From Octopus sinensis (lineage: Eukaryota): a stretch of 64,000 nucleotides of DNA. The notes under the pieces are model-generated. The model worked only from the letters and a program-made list of their open reading frames with translations, was not told the origin of the DNA and searched no databases. Positions 53,289 through 64,000 of this stretch are shown one piece after another. Positions within the stretch are counted from its first letter, which is position 1. Every line of letters starts with the position of its first letter. A program made the position numbers and the translations under genes. The stretch spans positions 65,224,001-65,288,000 of the forward strand of contig NC_042998.1 in the NCBI RefSeq assembly GCF_006345805.1, read 5' to 3'.

Positions 53289-53640
53289 GGGAGATGTACT
53301 CGCATAGCAAGTGATTTGATCTGAGATCGTGTGCTGAAACGAAAATAATTGCTGCGTGGAAGGTGTTTGTAAGCCAGTTAGGAAACACACAAAAGCCGTT
53401 CGATTCACCTCAACATTTAAGTTTAAGTTGTCAAAATATTTTCGTCGCTAAAATTCGCGACCTGTTCACTGACAAAAATCCGTGCTTCACGGATTTTTGA
53501 TGCAGCACGGATTTTTGTCAGTGAACAGGTCGCGGATTTTAGCGACGAAAATATTTTGACAAATTAAACTTAAATGTTGAAGTGAATCGAACGGCTTTTG
53601 TGTGTGTCTTAACTGGCTTACAAACACCTTCCACGCAGCA

Positions 53641-53643
<3 letters not shown>
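53289..53643. mobile_element. Fold-back (140-bp arms, 17-nt spacer) of a Penelope-type 3' tail
   Basis: 53347-53486 vs 53504-53643 are reverse complements with about five mismatches; the extension 53289-53346 matches the tail at 33570-33628; (TA)n on both sides. Confidence 0.85.
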
Positions 53644-53689
<46 letters not shown>

Positions 53690-54469
53690 CTATCTATCTG
53701 TCTGTCTGTCTAACTACCTTTCTATCTATGTACCTATCTATCTATCTATCTATCTATCCATCTGTGTATCTATCTATCTATTTATCTATTTGTTTATTTA
53801 TATTTCTAACAATTTTTATTTCTCTCCTTCTCTCTCTTCCTCTCCCTCTCTCCTTAAATTTACATATGCACGTATGCATGAATATTCATGCACATACTTT
53901 TGCGGGAATAAATACTTCATATACCTTGTGAATTTGAAAGGTGTAACGTTTTTATATGTCTAGAAGTGTAAAAATTTTACAGAGTGAAGAAAATAGAATT
54001 AGAAAATAAAATGATCAATATTATTTTAAATTATTAAATTACATCATTCATTATCATTTAATTAAAATGTAATTTTCTTCGCTCAAAATGATTACGTTTA
54101 ATTATTTGTAGTTGCATTGTTTATTACCACTTAATTAAAAGCTAAATGTGGTTATTTTTTATTCTCCCTCAAAACAAGCAAATTTAAATCTGCAGCTGGT
54201 TATAAAGATTTTTTTACAACGATTTTGCTTATAATAGAAAAATTAAAGGGCAAATATAACGTTCAATATCATACTAATCACAGTATACAGTGCACGTTGT
54301 ATACAGTAGGTGATTAATTTCATCACAAAAAAAAGATTCACCGTAGCAAAATGCATACACTCTACATTGTATGGTGGCAGCATGAAGAAACGGTGTTGCG
54401 TTGGACAAACATCTCTATGATTTTCAAGATGTTTGAGTGTGTACCAGCATCAGTCAATAAGACCTTTGT

Positions 54470-54900
54470 CAACCGCTCTGTAGTTTTCTATTTAAAATTG
54501 TATATGGCAATGCCGTGTCAATACTTAGAATTTGCATCCCCAATCTGGAACACCTATATTGCTCAGAATATAAATATCCTGGAAACTGTTCAGAAATGTA
54601 CAACAAAATTAATACCCTCCGTCGGGCATCTACCATGGTCTGAACGTCTTGCTTCCGTGAGCGCGGTGATATCGAAGCCCAGATGTTTCGCACCTGATAT
54701 GGTAGACACCCACACGTTTATTCACTATCTTTCTAACAACAGCTTTGGGCATCTTTCTGAATTCCATACGACAAACCCTCTTGAACATGCTTTCAAAATT
54801 AAAAAAACTAATACCGTATCTATGACTTTCGGAAACATTTTTTGACGCACAGAACTGTTGAAGTATGGCATAAACTACACGAATCTGTCGTTTACTGTTG
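54470..54900 (+). mobile_element. CR1-like LINE RT C-terminal remnant
   Basis: LKLY...YLEFASPIWNTY...INILETVQKCTTKLIPSVGHLPWSERL matches the LY...LEYA.PVW.P...I..LE.VQRRATK.IP...Y.ERL pattern. Confidence 0.8.
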
Positions 54901-55009
54901 AGACACCATATCCTTGAAAACATCCATGCTTCCTGAAATCCACCAACAGTAAACCTGAAGGAATTTTTCCCTAGCTGTAACGCACCTGAGCACTGTATAA
55001 AATTTCTTT

Positions 55010-55054
<45 letters not shown>

Positions 55055-55711
55055 AGGGATATCTTGCTGTCCTCCAAAATAGAAAGTTGGAGCAAGAAAT
55101 GAATCTATAAATTGGAGACATTGCTCGAAATGTTACGAATGAATAAACCCAATTCAGACGATTCTAGATGCAATTTGATGTTGCTAAACATGGCAAAAAA
55201 TTAAATTTATACTCCAAAATACAGAACAAAGAATTCGTTTCGAAATAGAAAAAGGGTTTTTCACAAGTAGATGTTGTTTCCTAAAGATAAGCCCTTAACT
55301 CTAATGAAACACAACACGGGAAACTAAATATAAATAAAAAGTATATGTATAGAATGGTGCAATTTATGCATTTTTATAAAAATTCTGCTTCTATGCCTTA
55401 TCTTTAAGAGTTCAATGGCTTGTAAAAAGCTGAAATTGAATTTTCGGTTTAAGTTCAACTTTTGTATGCATACAAATGTTTAAAATTCTAAATATATTAA
55501 GTATATAAGTTAAGTAGTTTCTCGGAAGCGGTGAATAAATGCAACTCAGATCTATTCATACAAAAACTTATAATGCTTAAATGTCAAAATTTGCGGCTGC
55601 TTTTCCAAAACTGCCGTTGTCTACGTTTTCGTCATTGTCATGTTTGTAATCTTCGTCGTTGTGATCGCCGCTGTAGTATACGAATTAATGGTAGCAGCAA
55701 CAGGTACAACT

Positions 55712-55762
<51 letters not shown>

Positions 55763-55891
55763 AGAGTAGGAGCAGGAGTTTGTAATAGTAGTAGTAGTGA
55801 CCTGACTTAGAATGTTGCATTTTAGTATTTATATATGTGCGGATGCAAGAGAAAGAAAGAGAGAGGGAGAGAAAGAGAGAAAGACACGCAC

Positions 55892-55950
<59 letters not shown>

Positions 55951-55980
55951 CAGACAAACACACAGAGAGACAGACAGATA

Positions 55981-56018
<38 letters not shown>

Positions 56019-56026
56019 CGTGTGTG

Positions 56027-56093
<67 letters not shown>

Positions 56094-57366
56094 TACAGAG
56101 AGACAGAGAGACAGAGACAGACAGACAGTTAGACAGACAGACAGACAGAGAAAGTGAGATGGGGTATAATCACACTGGCTGCCATTTTTAATGTAAGCGA
56201 CATATAATTTTACAATTGTGAGGATTAATGAGATAAACAATTTTTTTGTGGGCTTAGGAGAAATATATATGATTTGTGCCCTTAAGAGAAAATTACACAC
56301 ATAGATATTATATCCATATCTTAGTCATAAACGACTCACAATTCAACATATTGAATCATTTGTTTATTTATATATAACTCATGCAGTGAATGAATGTCAT
56401 GTGAGAGACTCCCGGATATAGAGCATCAAAAGGAGTATTGTTCTTGTCTTTCCTAATACTTCTGAACAATCAATATTTCTCTCGATTTTCTACACTGGGA
56501 TATTTTTGTATGGCTGCCACGTTTCAACTTTTGCAATTTCTGTTCCAGTTGAATTTATACTTGGTGTAACAGGGTAGATATATATGATAATCATTGACAT
56601 GAAATTCATTTTAGTCATAAATCAATAAAGAGTTAATAGCTTCTAAAGTTTGCAACTTTTGGGTAGTTTTAGCATATCGTAAGTCGCAAATATATTCATG
56701 CCTGTTTCCATAGTAACATGCCACACATGAGAATTTGTTTGTCTCCGTGAAAGCATATGTGTTGACAAATATATTCTACGCCGAATCACGCCCGTTGGTG
56801 TTGTCTTCAGCTGCTTGTGCCCACCTGTTGCTTGCACTCTGGTCACCAGATGCGCAAAAATTATCATCTAAATAAGCCTTAAATCACACAACCAGATTTT
56901 CTCTTTTCGGCGAGGCTGGTGATTGCATAATCGTATGGATTTCTGAAACTTTTCTGAAAATTCCAAAATATAAAAAAAGTTATGAGGAGTTATATGCCGT
57001 TCATAAAGCAGATTTTGATTTCTTTACAGTTCCATATTAAAACACCGGCTATTTTCAGGTTGACAACTCGTGCAGTCACGGACAAAATGACAACATTCGA
57101 ATCCTGTTTTCAGACTGGGTAAACAATTATCAAATTTTAAACCCCTATAACTTATTTAATTTTTTTTCCTTGAAAGAGTGCAATACCCGCTAAATTACAG
57201 CCTGGCAAATTACATCAATAAAAGAAACTTTAAAATTTTCACTTGATTAATGGGAACGTTGTGATTGCTCTACTGATCCTATGTATTGAATCCAAAGTTA
57301 TTCGCAAATGTCTGCTTCGCATACATGGATACATATGTAGGTCGATATCATAATAAAAAATGTATA

Positions 57367-57590
57367 AGGTGTTGAACTGGCCAAATCGTTAGCTTGGTAG
57401 GTGGAATGTTCACCAGCATTTCGTCTGTCTTTATATTTTGAATTTATATTTTGCTAAATTCAAATCTACCTTCCATCATTTCAAGGGTAATAACATAAGT
57501 ACTAGTTGAATACTGAGAACGATGTAATCGATTTATCCTCTCCATGGAAATTAATAACCTGGTGTCAAATTTTGAAACCGATATTATAAA
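57367..57590 (+). mobile_element. Degenerate SINE
   Basis: aggtgttgaactggccaaatcgttagc head and catttcgtctgtcttta...gatgtaatcga body, as in the 28698/40722 family. Confidence 0.6.
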
Positions 57591-58640
57591 AGAAGTACAA
57601 GATTTATACACTAGCGGAATCAAGAAAAATTAATAAATAAAAAATATTATAGTCGTTTTTTTATAAATATTATGTTCTATGATCTTTTCTGTGGTGATGG
57701 AATAAAGCATTCTCTATCATTTTCCCCTTTCAATCCGAAAAATTACTTAGATATATTATGTTTAGAAATAAAAGATGCGGAGTAACAATTTAAAATTTGT
57801 TGTACCAGAAACGGTGTGGTTTACAAGGATTAGAAACAATTTATGTAACTAAAAAGCAACTCAGTAAGTTACTACCATTTTGCCCAGGAGCATCAGGGTT
57901 TTGTGGCAAATAGTATAGAAGCTATGAAAAGAAGCGTATGTAAATAAATGGAAATAACAGAAACTAATATTAGTATAATTGCATTCCAGGGAAGAAAACT
58001 AAAATTCTAATATATACGAATGCCTTTTCTGACGAATGTATGAATATGATTTTAACAGAGAACATCGTTGCAGGAGGTAAGCTGCAAATCGAATAACTGA
58101 TGAGTGATTAGTTGAAGAGAACGTGCGTCGTAAAGATATCAAGATATCAGAAAGCACTGAAAATTAAGAACAGAAGCCTTCAGCAAAATGTGAAATAGCA
58201 CAGATGGTTGCCTGCAGGTCAACCAATTGTCCGGAATGTATGTAAAGAATAACCAAATTCAATATAGAAGCGATGAAGAAATAGATATATTGAGTGAGGT
58301 CATAATATGGCAGTCAGTTAGAGTAACTGAATATAGAGGTAAGGCAACATACACACACACACAAACACACACAGATGTGTATATATATATATATATATAT
58401 GTATACACACACAGACACACACACACACACATATATATATGTGTGTGCATATATAAATATTTATGTATGTACATATATATGCATAAATAAGCATACACCT
58501 CCATATGTATATAACAAATGCTACTACTATAACAAGAACAACAATAATGATATTAACAACAGCAACAACAACTACAACAATAACAGCAACAACACCAATA
58601 ATAATAATAATAATATAATAATAATAATATAATAATAATA

Positions 58641-58700
<60 letters not shown>

Positions 58701-58764
58701 TAATAATAACGATAATAAAAATAATAATAATAACAACAATAACAATAACAATAATGCTAATAAT

Positions 58765-59221
58765 AAAGCATAAAAAGATGGGCTGCAGCAAATATTCTGC
58801 TCACTACCAAATATTTGTTTGGCAATTGTTTGACCATATCCAGTTGAGCATGTCCCTTAATGGCTGAATGTGCCTCTCTAATCACGACGAGAATTAGTCG
58901 GAGAGAATCATAACCATGTATTGAGATGAATTCTTTCGGGTTTGAATAATTCATATCTGGAAGCATGGGGGTTGAGTTGAGCATCTTTAAATACACATTA
59001 TTCAGGGACATTTTGAGCATGATGGGTTACTCGACAAGAAGAAAATTCTAACGAGGCTCCGCCTGCTCGGTCGTGCACTGTTTATCCTGGTATGAGATCA
59101 CCATGTGGTACACATATGGCTGAGAAGCATGCGCCTGCTGTACCCAGAGCAAGCGGCTAGTCATGATGGGTATTCTGGGTTTCGTATATTTTGCCCCACT
59201 GCATGCACTGCTCTCTCACTC
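58765..59221 (-). mobile_element. Non-coding ~460-bp interspersed element without tRNA head, embedded in (TAA)n
   Basis: The minus-strand 5' end att|GAGTGAGAGAGCAGTGCATGC...tggggcaaaatatacgaaaccc recurs at 63944; trinucleotide runs on both sides. Confidence 0.7.
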
Positions 59222-59242
59222 AATGATATAATAATAATAATG

Positions 59243-59301
<59 letters not shown>

Positions 59302-59741
59302 CGAATTTAATCCAACATCATCGTTGCAATGGAAGAAAGATTCCACAAAATATCTTTTCCAAATTTTCTTTTAAGGCAAAGTAACTAAAAAGTCCGAAAT
59401 CTTATTGCCATATATAGTATGGTTTTCTTTCTTTTATGAATAATATTTCCATGTGACATGCATAAAAAATAGAAACGAACATCAGAGCTCTTGAAAGACA
59501 GTAAGTACATAAATTGATTAATTAATTAATTAATTAAATAAATATACATGCAAATGTTTATGCATACACGTACACATTTTAATTATAAAGCATAAATAAT
59601 GCTTACACGCGCTCACACGTACACACAGAAAGAAAAACCACGTTACGCGGACGAAAACAAAACAAAAACAAAGCGATTTTTCAAGAACAAACGAAAAAAA
59701 GAGCAAATTGGTCACTGAATTTAGAAAGTCACTGAACAGTT

Positions 59742-62700
59742 ATGTCCGGAAACATGTCTACCAAAAGAAATAGAGGCGAATTTCGATCTGTAAGTCTTAT
59801 GCGAGTTCGATATGAACAATATATTAATTCGGAGAATTCAGAAGCGGTGTCTTGTCAAAAAGTTGACCCTGTACAAACAGTCCCTTCTTCTAACGTTACC
59901 GTCACAGAAGCGGCGTCTTGTCAAAAAGTTGTCTCTGAAAAAATGGACCCCTCTGATGTCGCCGTCAATGATTTAATGAAAACAAGCCAAAAATCATGCC
60001 GGATCGGTCATCGCCCGGAACAACAAGGACCGCTTTACCCAGTAGGGAACAAGACTGGGGTCGAAAAGTTTGCTGCTGGAACAAACTCTCAAAAAGACGA
60101 TCTACCAGGTGACCAGAACCAGAATACTTCTAACTCTGGACTTGTAGTGACACCACCAAAAACACCACATAAAGCAAAACGCATAAAATGGACCAGAGAG
60201 GACTATAGAGATGTGTTGAAAGATTTTTATACAGCCCAACTAAACCCAAACAATAACCTCAGTGTACAAACATACATCTCATGGAGAAATTCAGTAGGCA
60301 ATGAAGTACGTAGATATATAGACGCAAATAAATTAAGTAATGTACGCAGAGATATAATTAAAGACAAAAGACTAACTGACGCTGAAATTGACCAAATTAG
60401 GACACTAATAGCTCATGGTAGACCAAAAGAAAAGAGCAACAATGTAGACGAAATAGGTAACAGTAGCACAGAAGCCAGTGTACAAGCGGTAAATCAACTT
60501 CCAAATGGGGAAGTTAAACAAAGAATAGTGAAGACGAGAGATTTGAAGAAAGAGGAGAACGTAGAACTTCCTCAAGAAAACCAAAATAGATATGACATAG
60601 AATTTGAGGTGAATAATAGAGAAAAGATTATGGAAGCAAAAGTGGATATTATGAGAGAACTCGGCAAGATTGAGCTCACTGACATGGTTAATAGAGAACC
60701 GCTACCAAAGTTTTCAAACGGCACAAGAAATAACAACAGAATCATGACATATAACGTTGCCCTAGGACAGATCTTAAGAAATAAAGGGAATGATCTGACA
60801 ACCTTAAATAATCTCATCTATTCCACTGCTAAAGTAGTAACTACCCAACTAGGTATTAAGGTGACAAAGAAAATGGCTAGGCATGTCAATGAACCTCCTA
60901 GGGGGAAAGTAGCGATACAAAAAGAGATTGAATCTCTGCAGGCGGATGTTTCAGTTCTCGATGAGCTTGCTAGAGGAGTGAATATTAAGTCGAGAAAATT
61001 TAGAAAAATCATGCAAAAATATAAAATCAAAGATCTCATAAACCTCCCTGCAACTAAGGAACTGTTGAAACAACGGATACAGTTGAAAGCCCAACGGCTT
61101 AGAAGGTATGACAAAAGAAACAAATTTTGTCGACAAAATAAATTTTTGAAGATAGATGCAAAGAAATTGTATAGGGAAATTGGCAAAAATAAAATACACA
61201 TAGAAGATCCACCTAAGATTGAGGAAGTGGAGGAGTTCTGGAAGAAGGTATGGAGCAACGAAAAAGAGTTTAATGCCGAGGCTGTCTGGATCGAACGTGA
61301 GAAAGAGAGACTGGATGAACTTGAAGAACAGAAATGAGAAGCAATAGGAATAGAGGAGCTAAGGTGTCTCCTTAGGAAAGCTCATAAATGGAAAACCCCA
61401 GGACTGGATCGGATCCCTAACTTCTGGCTGAATTGTTTGACAGAGGTACACGAAAATCTCGCTGCATCTCTGTCTGATGTCATTCAGAACCCAGAGTAAA
61501 TACCTGCTTGGCTGACTGAAGGAACCACCTACCTATTACCTAAAACCGAAGACACAAAAAAACCCAAAGAATTACTGGCCAATAATATGTCTCAACACCA
61601 CCTACAAAATCCTCACATCCATAATAACGGAGAGAATGTACGCTTTCCTTGAACAAAACTCTATCCTTCCACAAGCTCAAAAAGGTTGTAAAAGAAACTG
61701 TAATGGGTGCAAAGACCAATTGCTCATAAACAGAATGATTGTAGAAAATTGCCGGAGCAAAAACAAAAACCTGAGTATGGCATGGATAGACTACAAGAAA
61801 GCGTATGACAGTGTCCCACATAAATGGATACTCAAGGCCCTTGATATATACAAGAGCTCTCCTGTCGTCTCAAAATTCTTGCAGAATAGCATGACCATGT
61901 GGAACACACGTCTCTTTCTAAGCCATAGTAATGGGATGAGCCAGTCCGACAGCATCAACATCAAACGATGCATCTTTCAAGGTGATCCCTCTCTCCATTA
62001 CTTTTTTGCATGGCACTGATCCCACTCTCAAACGAATTGGATAGTACCAGATATGGGTACAAAGTTTTTAGTAAGTCAATAAACCACCTTTTCTATATGG
62101 ACGACCTAAAGCTGTTTGCCAGGAATGACCAAGAGCTAGAAGGGCTGCTAACAACTGTTAAAGAGGAGTTTAGCATTGATATCGGAATGGATTTTGGCTT
62201 TGATAAGTGTACTAAAGCAACATTTGTAAGAGGCAAGCTCAGGCAAACAGCTTCTGTTAAATTAGATATTGACACTACCATCAAGGAACTTGACCCACAA
62301 GAAAGTTACAAATACCTAGGAATCAACGAAGGAGATGGTATACATCATGCTACTATGAAGGAAAAAATAAGAAAGGAATACTATAGGAGAATAAGGCTTG
62401 TACTGAAGACTGAACTCAACTCCAAAAATTGCATTGAGGCCATTAACACCCTGGCACTTCCAGTAGTCCAGTACAGTTTTAACATCATTACCTGGAACCT
62501 TACGGAACTCCAACGCTTGGACAGGAAGAGAAGAAAATTACTGACATCCAAGAACATGCACCACCCTAAGGCAGATGTAGACCGCCTGTACCTGCCTAGA
62601 AGCAGCGGGGGGAGAGGAATGATGCAATTAGAGCTGTGCTATAAGACCTCTACTGTAGGAATGAACAGGTACCTATCTAGTACAATGGACTGGATGCTGC

Positions 62701-63803
62701 GACTTGTGTGCGAACACGAAAGCAGCAAAAAGCTGCATTCTATTGTCAAAGAAGCTTATAAGTTCGAAAGGGAACTAGACATTAACCTTGAATCAGATGA
62801 AGAGCCGGAAACCACTGCTACCAAGCAAGCAAAGCGAATCAAGCAGACTGCAAAAAAGAACGGGCAGAATCAAAATGAGAGGCGGTGGAGCCAGAAGCCC
62901 CTGCATGGTAAATATATTCTCCGAAGCCAAAATGCTGATGTAGACCAAGCAACAACCCATCAGTGGCTGAAGAGTTCTGGATTGAAAGCAGAGACTGAAG
63001 GCTTCATACTGGCAGCACAGGATCAAAGCTTGTTTACCAGAAATTACCAGGCTAATGTTCTCCGAAACGGTACTGACCCTAAATGCAGATTCTGCGACTC
63101 ATTTGACGAAACAATAGACCATCTCGTTTCGGGATGTCCTGTGCTGACACCAAACGAATACAAAAATCGCCACGATAGGGTAGGATAGTATATACATTGG
63201 AAGATATGTAAACACTACACATTCGGCACTCCTGCTAACTGGTATGAACACCATCCTCAGCCAGTTGTTGAAGGTAAAAATGTCACCATCCTCTGGGATC
63301 TTCCAATCAACACTGACAGAACGATCAAGGCTAATCGACCAGACATAATTGTTAAAGACAGGGAAGAAAATACCTGCAGACTAATAGAGGTAAGCGTCCC
63401 CACTGATAAAAATGTATCTGTAAAGGAATTTGACAAACTTAGTAAATATAAGGACCTGGAAATCGAAATACAAAAGATGTGGAATCTTAAAACAAAAACT
63501 GTTCCTCTTATTGTAGGTGCCCTAGGTATGATAAAAAAGGGATGTCAGAAACACCTAGACAATATCCCTGGAGAACCATGTCTCAAGGAAATCCAAAAGA
63601 GTGTGCTAAAAAGTACTGCCCACATCCTTAGAAAAACCCTATCAATGTAAATGTTTGTGTTTGTATTACATGGAGATATTTCTCTACGTCCCCTCCCCAA
63701 GCTTTCAGCTATATTTCAACAACTCTTAACCTTCACTTGCCCTAGGGCGCTGGGTGTGCCCCGGCAAGTGATTGCATCAAACATGCAGATTAAAAGTAAA
63801 TGA
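59742..63803 (+). mobile_element. Near-full-length Dong/R4-type LINE, lightly decayed
   Basis: Single long ORF broken by a few stops and frameshifts (59742-61337, 61636-62019, 62010-63188, tail to TAA 63648-63650): KWTREDY Myb-like segment, WKTPGLDRIPNFW, AWIDYKKAYDSVPH, IFQGD, FYMDDLKLF, CRFC...H...C knuckle, NRPDI...DK...LIEVSVP RLE; 3' UTR then (AAT)n. The 5' UTR start was not defined. Confidence 0.97.
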
Positions 63804-63804
63804 C

Positions 63805-63836
<32 letters not shown>

Positions 63837-63863
63837 CAATAATAATTATCATCATCATCATTA

Positions 63864-63943
<80 letters not shown>
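63804..63943. repeat. (AAT)n followed by opposite-strand (ATT)n microsatellite
   Basis: Orientation switch around 63845-63865, between the LINE tail and the next element. Confidence 0.95.
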
Positions 63944-64000
63944 GAGTGAGCGAGCAGAGCATGCCATCAAAGTGACACTGGGGTAAAATATACGAAGCCC
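63944..64000 (+). mobile_element. 5' end of a second copy of the 58765-59221 element (runs off the window)
   Basis: att|gagtgagcgagcagagcatgcc...ctggggtaaaatatacgaagccc. Confidence 0.7.

Overview
AT-rich, repeat-saturated eukaryotic (animal) DNA. The microsatellite load and SINE/LINE families resemble an octopus genome; this is inferred from pattern recall, not from a search. No intact host gene, rRNA, true tRNA or CRISPR array is recognisable, and most ORFs in the track are microsatellite translations or antisense shadows of transposon ORFs. Mobile elements: two near-full-length but broken Dong/R4-type (RT + restriction-like endonuclease) LINEs plus fragments, remnants of other LINEs (CR1-like, a second RLE family, probably L1/Tx1), several tRNA-headed SINE families, a Chapaev3-like transposase remnant, an internally deleted mariner, a Tc1-like fragment and non-autonomous Helitrons. 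Most notable: (1) several Penelope-type 3' ends that carry hammerhead-ribozyme-like folds and repeatedly occur as inverted or snap-back copies whose breakpoints fall at ribozyme landmarks, including a tRNA-headed SINE ending in such a module; (2) a local tandem duplication whose copies have diverged like coding sequence and spell a signal peptide plus dibasic site, i.e. a candidate decayed secreted-peptide gene pair; (3) a structured non-tRNA element embedded in (TAA)n next to a Dong LINE. Boundaries in or near microsatellites are approximate.
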